DNA of 51,605 nt from an uncultured Mycoplasmatota bacterium. GTDB taxonomy: Bacteria > Bacillota_I > Bacilli_A > RF39 > UBA660. The stretch covers positions 1 to 51,605 of the forward strand of contig CAMMBX010000001.1 in assembly GCA_946494345.1 (NCBI GenBank). The letters run 5' to 3'. The notes beneath the pieces were generated by a model. That model had not been told where the DNA came from. It ran no database searches and worked only from the letters and a program-made list of their open reading frames with translations. This document shows, piece after piece, positions 25,494 through 33,545 of this stretch (the first letter of the stretch is position 1; each line of letters begins with the position of its first letter). The position numbers and the translations under genes are program-made.

Positions 25494-27461
25494 GTGAATA
25501 TAAATAGAAAAGCAGTAAGAAAAGGTTTACTTCCATATGTTTTTTTACTTCTAATAATGCTTGGCGTTGTTTATTTTGTTAGTGTGGCTAATCAAAAAGT
25601 TAATGTTTTAACTTATGATGAGTTTATGACTAGTTTGGAAGATAAAGAGGTAGAGAGCATAACAGTAACACCTCGTGATAGAGCGAAAATTTATGAAATT
25701 ACAGGAACTTTAGATGACTATGCTGAGAATGAGAGTTTCTTTGTTAGGGTACCTCTTTCTGATCAAGTTATGAAAAAGTTAGTAGAAGCTAGTGAGACAG
25801 ATGATTTTGAATTTAATAATAATGCTGATCCAGAATCTAGTACAATCTTACTTGTTTTAGCTAATGTTTTACCTATTGCTATTTTGGCTTTTATTGCTTT
25901 TTGGTTTTTAAGTAAGCAAATGGGTGGAGGTAAGAATTCATTTGACTTTGGCAAAAGTAAAGCTAAACTTTCTAGTGATAAGAATAAAGTAACTTTTAAA
26001 GATGTTGCTGGTCTTAATGAAGAAAAAGAAGAGGTTAAAGAATTAATAGATTTCTTAAAGAATCCTAAAAAGTTTCAAAAGTTAGGAGCGAGAATTCCTA
26101 AGGGTGTACTTTTATATGGTCCTCCAGGAACAGGTAAAACACTTTTGGCTCGTGCAGTAGCAGGTGAAGCGAATGTTCCATTTTATTATATTAGTGGATC
26201 TGACTTTGTTGAGTTGTTTGTTGGTGTTGGTGCCAGTCGTGTTCGTGATATGTTTCAGCAAGCGAAAAGAACTGCTCCATGTCTTATATTTATAGATGAG
26301 ATTGATGCTGTAGGTAGACAAAGAGGTACAGGAATTGGTGGTGGACATGATGAGAGAGAACAAACATTAAACCAATTACTTACTGAGATGGATGGATTTG
26401 GTGAAAATGAAGGTATCATTATTATTGCTGCTACTAATAGACCTGATGTATTAGATCCAGCCTTACTTCGTCCAGGACGTTTTGATAGACAAGTTACAGT
26501 TAATTTGCCTGATGTTAAGGGACGTGAAGAAATACTTAAAGTACATGCTAGAAATAAAGTATTAGCACCTTCTGTTAATATTGCTGCTATTGCTAAAAGA
26601 ACGCCAGGTTATTCTGGAGCTGACCTTGAAAACTTACTTAATGAGGCAGCCTTACTTGCTGTTAGACGTAATAAAGATGCTATTACGATGAGTGAGATAG
26701 ATGAAGCAAGTGATAGAGTATTAATGGGACCTGCAAAGACTAGTGCTAAAAGAAGTGAAGCTGATCGTAAGTTAGTTGCATATCATGAGTCAGGTCATGC
26801 TGTTGTTGGTATTAAACTAAAGGGAGCTAATGATGTTCAAAAGGTTACTATTATTCCACGTGGTTCTGCTGGTGGATATAATATGATGATTCCTAGTGAA
26901 GAGAAGATTTGCAGAACTAAAACGGATTTACTTGAAGAAATTACTGGTTTACTTGCTGGCCGTGTTAGTGAAGAGATTGTCTTTGGGGAAGTTACAACTG
27001 GGGCCCAAAATGACTTTGAGAAAGCTACTAAGATTGCAAGAGCGATGGTTACTGAATATGGCATGAGTGATTTAGGACCTATGCAATTAGAAGAACGTGA
27101 AGGTAGTGCTTTCTTAGGAAGAGATTATGCTAAAACTCGTAACTTTTCTAATGAAGTAGCTCATGAAATAGATCAAGAAATGAGAAAGATTATTGATAAG
27201 TGCTATGATGAAGCTACTAAGATAATTAAAGAAAATAGAGATTTACTTGATTTACTTGCTAAGACATTATTAGAGTACGAGACATTAACTAAAGAACAAA
27301 TTGATTACTTAGTAGAACATGGGGAAATGCCTCCAGAAGAAGAGGAAACTAACTATGAGAAAATGAGTTTAACTAAGTTAAAAGAACTTGCTAAAGAAAA
27401 AGGAGTTAAAGGTTACTCTAAGATGAATAAAGCAGAACTAATAAAAGAACTTGAAAAATAG
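25494..27461 (+). CDS. ftsH: ATP-dependent zinc metalloprotease FtsH with C-terminal Rho_N/SAP-like extension
   Basis: Two TM segments, Walker [10 protein letters not shown], Walker [22 protein letters not shown] zinc site. The last 32 aa, [32 protein letters not shown], resemble the Rho N-terminal helix-hairpin motif. Confidence 0.95.
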   Translation: MNINRKAVRKGLLPYVFLLLIMLGVVYFVSVANQKVNVLTYDEFMTSLEDKEVESITVTPRDRAKIYEITGTLDDYAENESFFVRVPLSDQVMKKLVEASETDDFEFNNNADPESSTILLVLANVLPIAILAFIAFWFLSKQMGGGKNSFDFGKSKAKLSSDKNKVTFKDVAGLNEEKEEVKELIDFLKNPKKFQKLGARIPKGVLLYGPPGTGKTLLARAVAGEANVPFYYISGSDFVELFVGVGASRVRDMFQQAKRTAPCLIFIDEIDAVGRQRGTGIGGGHDEREQTLNQLLTEMDGFGENEGIIIIAATNRPDVLDPALLRPGRFDRQVTVNLPDVKGREEILKVHARNKVLAPSVNIAAIAKRTPGYSGADLENLLNEAALLAVRRNKDAITMSEIDEASDRVLMGPAKTSAKRSEADRKLVAYHESGHAVVGIKLKGANDVQKVTIIPRGSAGGYNMMIPSEEKICRTKTDLLEEITGLLAGRVSEEIVFGEVTTGAQNDFEKATKIARAMVTEYGMSDLGPMQLEEREGSAFLGRDYAKTRNFSNEVAHEIDQEMRKIIDKCYDEATKIIKENRDLLDLLAKTLLEYETLTKEQIDYLVEHGEMPPEEEETNYEKMSLTKLKELAKEKGVKGYSKMNKAELIKELEK

Positions 27462-27470
27462 TTCTTTTTT
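27443..27470 (+). terminator. Rho-independent terminator of ftsH
   Basis: aaagaact / agttcttt stem with an 8-nt loop and a T-run. It overlaps the stop codon. Confidence 0.65.
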
Positions 27471-27518
27471 CTGTATTATACAATTAATTATTATTTTTAG
27501 TGAGGAGTTGGATTTGCA

Positions 27519-27953
27519 ATGAATAATGTTAGTACTGGTAATGCTGGAGAATATTTTGTAGCTGGAGAGTTAGAAAGAAGAGGTTTTACTTGTGCTGTAC
27601 CTATGTCAAATACTAAAGATTTTGATATTTTAATAATTAATAGGGAAAATAATAAACAATATGCTATACAGGTAAAAACTACAATACATAAGAAGAAGAG
27701 TTGGATGTTAAGTAAGAAAAGCGAAGAATTGTATGCAGACAATATTTTTTATATATTTGTTTCTTTAAATGAGCTTGAAACTCCTGAATTTCATGTGGTT
27801 CCTAGTAAGGTTGTAGCAGAAAAAATAAAAGAAGCTCATCAGCATTGGCTAAGTGTACCTGGTAGAGATGGTACAATACATAAAGATAGTTCGATGAGAA
27901 TTTTTAGTGATGATGATAATATCTTTTTAAATAGATGGGATTTATTAATATAA
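27519..27953 (+). CDS. Orphan PD-(D/E)XK nuclease-fold protein (Hjc/DUF4365-like pattern)
   Basis: GNAGEYFVAGELERRGFTCAVP ... DFDILII ... YAIQVKTT reproduces the E...D...(E/Q)xK restriction-endonuclease-like signature. 144 aa. Confidence 0.45.
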   Translation: MNNVSTGNAGEYFVAGELERRGFTCAVPMSNTKDFDILIINRENNKQYAIQVKTTIHKKKSWMLSKKSEELYADNIFYIFVSLNELETPEFHVVPSKVVAEKIKEAHQHWLSVPGRDGTIHKDSSMRIFSDDDNIFLNRWDLLI

Positions 27954-27992
27954 TAGTTATTATATTTGTTTATTAAGTTGGAGGTAGTAGTT

Positions 27993-28431
27993 ATGAAAGC
28001 TAAGAAAGCAGTGAAAAAAGAAATAGGAGAATTTAGAAAGTTTATTAGTAGAGGTGCTGTTTTAGATATGGCTATTGGTGTTATTAAATTAGACAGTGGT
28101 TGCTTTTTCTAAAATAGTTAGTAGTTTAGTAGATGATATATTTATGCCTTTACTTGGGGTTGTATTAGGAGGACTTGACTTTAGTGGCTTATCTATTAAA
28201 ATAGGTGATGCTTCTATTATGTATGGCTCTTTTATACAGAGTATTGTTGACTTTTTAATCATTGCTATTTGTATATTTGTAATGGTTAAGATAGTTACTA
28301 ATATTAGAGATAGAGCAGATAAGAAGTTAGGAAATGAACATAAAAAAGAAGAGAAGAAAAAGGATGAGCAAGTTGTGTTACTTGAAGAGATTAGAGATTT
28401 GTTAAAAGAAAATAAATTATCAAAAAAATAA
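27993..28431 (+). pseudogene. mscL: Large-conductance mechanosensitive channel MscL, interrupted by a frameshift near 28086-28096
   Basis: Frame A (from ATG 27993, SD GGAGG 27980-27984) gives the MscL N-terminus ..EFRKFISRGAVLDMAIGVI, then stops at 28110-28112. Frame B (28096-28431) gives AFSKIVSSLVDDIFMPLLG ... VLLEEIRDLLKE and is closed upstream by TAG 28090-28092. Confidence 0.65.
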
Positions 28432-28454
28432 GTATCTAATTTGTGAAAAAACAC

Positions 28455-28483
28455 TTGTATCAAAATTGTCTTTAGTATATAAT
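28455..28483 (+). promoter_or_regulatory. Sigma-A-like promoter of the small-peptide transcript
   Basis: TTGTAT (28455-28460), 17-nt spacer, TATAAT (28478-28483). Confidence 0.5.
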
Positions 28484-28515
28484 ATGTCTAAGGGAATTTT
28501 AGTAGTAGGGTGTCT

Positions 28516-28532
28516 ACCTCCGGAAAGGAGGT
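28516..28532 (+). promoter_or_regulatory. SD-sequestering hairpin in the 5' leader
   Basis: ACCTCC (28516-28521) is the exact complement of GGAGGT (28527-28532), with loop GGAAA. GGAGG is the SD of the ATG at 28542. Confidence 0.5.
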
Positions 28533-28541
28533 TTGATATAG

Positions 28542-28640
28542 ATGAAGAAACGTGTATTTATATTAAAGGTATTACGTTATGTCTGTATCATTTTGTTCCT
28601 CGTTATTCTTCTAATAACAGAAATAAAAAAAGACACTTAA
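28542..28640 (+). CDS. 32-aa hydrophobic peptide, candidate type I toxin (below the ORF-track cutoff)
   Basis: MKKRVFILKVLRYVCIILFLVILLITEIKKDT. SD GGAGG lies 10 nt upstream. A single TM helix flanked by charged ends. Confidence 0.4.
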   Translation: MKKRVFILKVLRYVCIILFLVILLITEIKKDT

Positions 28641-28662
28641 TCTTTTATAAAGATTAATGTCT
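28624..28662. terminator. Long hairpin usable as a bidirectional terminator (U-run on the minus-strand reading)
   Basis: agacacttaatcttt (28631-28645) pairs with aaagattaatgtct (28649-28662) with one bulge. An A7 run (28624-30) lies immediately to its left on the + strand. Confidence 0.5.
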
Positions 28663-28750
28663 ATCACCTTTAATTAAATATTTTTGGGGGTAGACATCTA
28701 GTTATCCAATGCTAAATGTTCCCTTAATAGTTTATGTAAATTCCTTTTAC
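28624..28750 (-). ncRNA. Candidate ~125-nt convergent small RNA (possible antitoxin RNA)
   Basis: Minus-strand promoter TTGCAA (28785-28780), 17-nt spacer, TGtTACTAT (hexamer 28762-28757). The transcript would end at the hairpin plus U-run. No ORF longer than 7 codons. Confidence 0.25.
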
Positions 28751-28800
28751 ATATTCATAGTAACACAAAAGTTTATATTTTGCAAGTGTTGGGTGATTTT

Positions 28801-29790
28801 ATGTGGAAAATAGGTAATGTTGAAATAGACAATAGAGTTGTTCTTGCTCCTATGGCAGGTATTTGTAATAGTGCGTATCGTAAGATAGTTAAGGAAATGG
28901 GTTGTGGACTTATCTATGCCGAGATGGTTAGCGATAAGGCTATATGTTATGATAATAAGAAAACTATTGATATGCTTTATATGGAAGATGTTGAACGACC
29001 TATCGCACAACAAATATTTGGTAGTGATGTAGATAGCTTTGTAGAAGCTGCTAAATATATAGAGAAAAATATGAAGCCTGATATTATTGATATTAATATG
29101 GGCTGTCCTGTTCCTAAAGTGGCTTTAAGAGCACAAGCAGGTAGTGCTTTATTAAAAGATCCTAGTAAGGTAAAAGAGATAGTTAGTGCCGTAGTTAATG
29201 CTGTTAAATGTCCTGTTACTGTTAAAATACGTAGTGGTTGGGATGCTAATCATATAAATGCAGTCGAAATTGCTAAAATATGTGAAGAAGCAGGTGCTAG
29301 TGCTATCACTGTACACGGAAGAACTAGAAGTCAAGGCTATTCTGGTAAAGCTGATTGGAATATAATTCGTGATGTCAAAAATAGTGTTAAAATTCCAGTA
29401 ATTGGTAATGGTGATGTTACTAGTCCTGAGAAAGCTAAAGAGATGTTAGACTTTACTGGGTGTGATGCAGTTATGATAGGTAGAGCTGCTTTAGGTAACC
29501 CTTGGCTTATTAGAAATACTGTTTTATATCTTGAAGGAAAACCTTATATGCTACCTACAACTACTGATAAAATAGATATGTGTATTAAACATTTAAAGAT
29601 GTTAAGTGACTTAAAAAGTGAGAGGCAGGCAGTACTTGAAATAAGAAGTCATGTTTCCTGGTACTTAAAAGGTATTAAAGGAAGTAATGATATTAAAAAT
29701 AAAATTTATAAAATGACTAAGATATGTGATATACTACAAGTATTAGAAGAGTTTAAGGAGGAACTTTATGAAGAAGAAAAATGTTTATGA
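28801..29790 (+). CDS. dusB: tRNA-dihydrouridine synthase (DusB-like)
   Basis: VVLAPMAGICNSAYR, DINMGCP, VTVKIRSGWD, ITVHGRTR motifs. The track ORF opens at TTG 28780; ATG 28801 (MWKIGNVE) is more likely. Confidence 0.9.
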   Translation: MWKIGNVEIDNRVVLAPMAGICNSAYRKIVKEMGCGLIYAEMVSDKAICYDNKKTIDMLYMEDVERPIAQQIFGSDVDSFVEAAKYIEKNMKPDIIDINMGCPVPKVALRAQAGSALLKDPSKVKEIVSAVVNAVKCPVTVKIRSGWDANHINAVEIAKICEEAGASAITVHGRTRSQGYSGKADWNIIRDVKNSVKIPVIGNGDVTSPEKAKEMLDFTGCDAVMIGRAALGNPWLIRNTVLYLEGKPYMLPTTTDKIDMCIKHLKMLSDLKSERQAVLEIRSHVSWYLKGIKGSNDIKNKIYKMTKICDILQVLEEFKEELYEEEKCL

Positions 29791-30478
29791 CAAAATTAAA
29801 GAGGAAGAAGAGAAAAGAAAAGAAGAAAATAAGGTTAAGAAGAGTCCTGAGATTAAAGCCATGTTTAGTCAAAGAGTACTTGCTTTTCTAATAGATTTAG
29901 TACTTCTTAGTTTTATAACTTCTCTTATTACTATGTTTGTTCCCGTTAATGATACAACTACTAAACTTTATGAAGAACAAAATAGGGTTTTAGAAGGTTA
30001 TGTTGATGGAACTGTTTCTATGGAAGAGTATGTTAATCAAATGGTAGACTTAGGTTATGATATATCTAAACAAACTGTTATTGTCTCTATTGTTAGTATT
30101 GTTGTAAGTCTACTTTACTATGTTGTTTATCCATGTTATAATAATGGGCAGACTTTTGGTAAGAAGTTAATGAAAATTAAAATAAAGAAAACTGATGATA
30201 CAGAACTTACTATGAATGATTTACTTATTAGAAGTATGATTAATAATAGTATTTTAGTTAATATTATTACAATTGCTTTAGTTCTTTTCTTAAGTAAAGA
30301 TTTGTATTTAAGTACTAGTAGTCTAATCAGTGGTATTCAATACTTAGTACTTATTATTAGTTTAATAATGATTGCATTTACTAAGAATGCTCAAGGATTA
30401 CACGATAAGGCTGCTAAGACTGAAGTTGTAGTTGCAGATACAGTGAAGGAGGATGTTTTATGCACGAGCGAAAATTAA
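29768..30478 (+). CDS. RDD-family membrane protein
   Basis: Lys/Glu-rich N-terminus, then an RDD-type 3-TM core (RVLAFLIDLVLLSF ... GQTFGKKLMKIKI ... GLHDKAAKT). Confidence 0.7.
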   Translation: MKKKNVYDKIKEEEEKRKEENKVKKSPEIKAMFSQRVLAFLIDLVLLSFITSLITMFVPVNDTTTKLYEEQNRVLEGYVDGTVSMEEYVNQMVDLGYDISKQTVIVSIVSIVVSLLYYVVYPCYNNGQTFGKKLMKIKIKKTDDTELTMNDLLIRSMINNSILVNIITIALVLFLSKDLYLSTSSLISGIQYLVLIISLIMIAFTKNAQGLHDKAAKTEVVVADTVKEDVLCTSEN

Positions 30479-31953
30479 CAGAACAAGAAATAGTTAGAAG
30501 AGATAAAGCTCTTAAGTTAAGAGAATTAGGTTATGATCCTTTTGGTAGTAGATATGATAGAAGTGATTATGCTAATGATGTTAAAGAAAAGTATGAAAGT
30601 GTAGACCATGATGCATTTGAAAATATGACTGATACTGTTAAAGTGGCAGGGAGAATTATGTTTATTAGAAAGATGGGTAAAGCTTCATTTTTCTCTATTA
30701 AAGATAAGAGTGGTTCTATTCAAGTATATATATCAATTAATGATGTAGGAGAAGATATCTATACATTATTTAAGTCTGCTGATATTGGAGATATTGTTGG
30801 TGTTTATGGTAAAGTTATGAAGACAAGAACGGGAGAAGTTACTATTAAGTGTTTAGAATATACACCTTTAGTTAAGGCTTTAAGACCACTTCCTGAGAAG
30901 TTTCATGGACTTACTGATGTTGAAGAAAGATATAGAAGACGTTATGTTGATTTGATGATGAATGATGAGTCTAGACGTGTTGCTTTTTTAAGACCTAAGA
31001 TTATTCGTTCTATTCAAAGCTTTTTAGATAATAGAGACTTTGTTGAAGTTGAAACACCTGTTTTATCAACGTTGTTAACCGGTGCTTCAGCTCGTCCATT
31101 TGTTACTCATCATAATAGTCAAGACCTTGATATGTACCTTAGAATTGCCTTAGAACTTCCTTTAAAGAGACTTTTAGTTGGAGGTATGGAAAAGGTTTAT
31201 GAAATAGGTCGTGTCTTTAGAAATGAAGGAATGGATCCTAAACATAATCCAGAGTTTACTCTTATGGAAGTATATGAAGCATATTCTGATTTAGAGGGTA
31301 TGATGGATTTAACAGAAAAGATGTTTGTTAATATTGCCGAGAATGTTATTGGTAAGATGGATTATCATTGGAATAATCAAGATATTAATTTAAAAGGGCC
31401 ATGGAAGAGAATTAGTATGGTTGATGCTATAAAAGAGAAGACTGGTATTGACTTTAAAAAAGAAATGAGTGTTGATGAAGCTTTAGAACTTGCAAAAGAA
31501 CATAATATTGAAGTTCAAGAACATGAAAAGACAGTAGGACATATCATAAATCTTTTCTTTGAAAAGTATGTAGAGGAAACTTTAATTCAACCAACTTTCT
31601 TATATGGACATCCAGTAGAGATTTCTCCACTTACTAAGAAAAATAAAGATGATCCTAGATTTGTGGATAGATTTGAATTATTTATTGCAGGTAGAGAAAT
31701 GGCTAATGCTTATACTGAGTTAAATGATCCAGATGATCAGTTAGATAGATTTGAAGAACAATTAAAAGAAAAGAATTTAGGTAATGCTGAAGCGAATGAT
31801 ATAGATATGGACTTTATTGAAGCCTTAGAATATGGTATGCCTCCTGCTGGTGGTGTAGGTTATGGAATAGATAGACTTATAATGTTCTTTACAGAACAAG
31901 ATAGTATTCGTGATGTTATATTATTCCCTACAATGAAACCTGTAGAAAAATAA
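30460..31953 (+). CDS. lysS: Lysine--tRNA ligase (class II)
   Basis: OB-fold N-domain, motif 2 GRVFRNEG, motif 3 GGVGYGIDRLIM. Follows dus as in Bacillus. Confidence 0.95.
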   Translation: MHERKLTEQEIVRRDKALKLRELGYDPFGSRYDRSDYANDVKEKYESVDHDAFENMTDTVKVAGRIMFIRKMGKASFFSIKDKSGSIQVYISINDVGEDIYTLFKSADIGDIVGVYGKVMKTRTGEVTIKCLEYTPLVKALRPLPEKFHGLTDVEERYRRRYVDLMMNDESRRVAFLRPKIIRSIQSFLDNRDFVEVETPVLSTLLTGASARPFVTHHNSQDLDMYLRIALELPLKRLLVGGMEKVYEIGRVFRNEGMDPKHNPEFTLMEVYEAYSDLEGMMDLTEKMFVNIAENVIGKMDYHWNNQDINLKGPWKRISMVDAIKEKTGIDFKKEMSVDEALELAKEHNIEVQEHEKTVGHIINLFFEKYVEETLIQPTFLYGHPVEISPLTKKNKDDPRFVDRFELFIAGREMANAYTELNDPDDQLDRFEEQLKEKNLGNAEANDIDMDFIEALEYGMPPAGGVGYGIDRLIMFFTEQDSIRDVILFPTMKPVEK

Positions 31954-31973
31954 TTTAGTAGGGGGTAAGGTTT

Positions 31974-32735
31974 GTGAAAATTACAAGAAAAGAGTATGAA
32001 AGCTTAGAATTAATTTATGATAAATATTACTCTCAACTTAGAATAAAAGGTGATTCTTTGCTTAAGAAAAATAGGTATACTAATAAAGAAACTAGATTGA
32101 TATTTCATTATTTATTTGGGAAACCATATATAAAAAATAGTGGAGAGCCATTAGATGATTTATTTATTGATGATGAATATAAAGGGGTAGTTGTACATTA
32201 TTTTAAAGATGCTATACCTTTTGCAGAAGCTTTTGACTTTCCATTAGATGAAAAAATTAAAGCCATTATTGATGTTGATAATCAATTAAGTACTTTACAT
32301 CAATATGATCTTTGTTTTAATGATGTACATACTTCTAATTTATTAATTGATTCAAATGGTGGGCATTTAATTGATTTTGATTCTATAAGTTCTGTTGATA
32401 AAATGTTTTCTCTTACAAAATTTTATTTGAACTATGAAGATAAAGAGTTTGATGTTTCTTTTAATGTAGATAATTACAAAGCATTAATTAGTTATTTTAG
32501 TTTAATATATGGTATTCCTTTAGAAAATGCTTTTGTTAATGAAGGAAATATTGAACTTGCAATATTAAAAGAGTTTTTTAGAAATACTTCTGTTTATCAT
32601 TTGTTGAAAGTTGCAAATAGAAATATGTTATTAGATTGTCCGATACCTAGTGTTGGTGATTTTTTACCTTTTATTTCTGATTTAGAAAGAGTTAATTATG
32701 ATACTAATATAATTAAAAGTAAAATATTAAGATAA
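31974..32735 (+). CDS. Protein-kinase-like (APH/choline-kinase type) fold protein, function unknown
   Basis: Catalytic-loop-like FNDVHTSNLLID followed by HLIDFDS (DFD in place of DFG). 253 aa, GTG start. Confidence 0.45.
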   Translation: MKITRKEYESLELIYDKYYSQLRIKGDSLLKKNRYTNKETRLIFHYLFGKPYIKNSGEPLDDLFIDDEYKGVVVHYFKDAIPFAEAFDFPLDEKIKAIIDVDNQLSTLHQYDLCFNDVHTSNLLIDSNGGHLIDFDSISSVDKMFSLTKFYLNYEDKEFDVSFNVDNYKALISYFSLIYGIPLENAFVNEGNIELAILKEFFRNTSVYHLLKVANRNMLLDCPIPSVGDFLPFISDLERVNYDTNIIKSKILR

Positions 32736-32759
32736 GAGTTAAATATTCTTATCTTTTTT
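32729..32759 (+). terminator. Rho-independent terminator
   Basis: aagataag / cttatctt stem plus a T-run, overlapping the stop codon. Confidence 0.65.
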
Positions 32760-32775
32760 CATATTCTATTTTGAG

Positions 32776-33456
32776 GTGGTTAAGATTAAACCTATTATTG
32801 GTATTGTAGGAAGGCTATACAATGGAGATGCTAATATTATTTGTATTGAAGAGGTTAGACGTGCTGTTACTAAGTTTTGGGGTATACCTATATTAATATT
32901 ACCCGTTGATAAAGATGATTTATCTTTAAAAAATCTTTATAGTGAAGAAGATATTAAAGATTTAGAGAATGTTTTAAAAAAATGTGATGGGTTTATTTTA
33001 CCAGGAGGAGATACTTGGTATCAATTGGATGAAGTGGTTATAGATTATGCTATTAGGTATGATAAACCATTACTTGCTATATGTTTAGGAATGCAAGCTT
33101 TAAGTAAAGTATTAAGTGAGGATGAGAGAATAGGTTATGATAATACTATTAAAAATAATACTTCTATTAATCATTTAGAACCTAATAAGACTTATGTTCA
33201 TTCTGTTATAATTGATGAAGATAGTAAACTTTATTCTATTATAGGTGAGAAAGAAATATGGGTTAATTCTAGACATAGTTATCATGTTCCATCATTGGTT
33301 GATGGTTTAATTAGTGCTAGAAGTAGTGATGGTCTAATAGAAGGAGTAGAACTTAAAGATAAAAAATTTATATTAGGAGTAGAGTGGCATCCAGAATCTA
33401 ATTTAGATGATAAATATTCTAAGAAATTATTTAAAGCCTTTTTTGATAAATTATAA
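32776..33456 (+). CDS. Class I glutamine amidotransferase-like / peptidase C26 (gamma-glutamyl hydrolase, PuuD-like)
   Basis: Nucleophile elbow LAICLGMQ, C-terminal GVEWHPE, and the GIVGR start typical of C26 proteins. Confidence 0.75.
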   Translation: MVKIKPIIGIVGRLYNGDANIICIEEVRRAVTKFWGIPILILPVDKDDLSLKNLYSEEDIKDLENVLKKCDGFILPGGDTWYQLDEVVIDYAIRYDKPLLAICLGMQALSKVLSEDERIGYDNTIKNNTSINHLEPNKTYVHSVIIDEDSKLYSIIGEKEIWVNSRHSYHVPSLVDGLISARSSDGLIEGVELKDKKFILGVEWHPESNLDDKYSKKLFKAFFDKL

Positions 33457-33493
33457 AATTCACAAAAGTTTCACAAAAAAAGTCGTTAAAAGC

Positions 33494-33522
33494 TTGTAAA
33501 CTAAAGGAATTCTTCGTATAAT
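33494..33522 (+). promoter_or_regulatory. Sigma-A-like promoter
   Basis: TTGTAA (33494-33499), 17-nt spacer, TATAAT (33517-33522). Confidence 0.5.
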
Positions 33523-33545
33523 TATAGTTGGAAGGAGAGAAAGAT

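Noticed and set aside
25763-27742. Minus-strand ORFs 25763-25954, 26112-26363, 26837-27064 (inside ftsH) and 27497-27742
   Set aside because: They are antisense shadows of strongly supported genes, with no start-site signals.
28466-28657. 63-aa track ORF between mscL and dus
   Set aside because: Its TTG and ATG starts lie inside or directly after the predicted promoter and have no SD. The 32-codon ORF in another frame has a canonical SD and a coherent peptide architecture.
28089-29334. Minus-strand ORFs 28089-28463, 28747-29013 and 29152-29334
   Set aside because: They are antisense to mscL and dus and have low-complexity composition. Only the short non-coding minus-strand transcript at 28624-28750 has promoter and terminator support.
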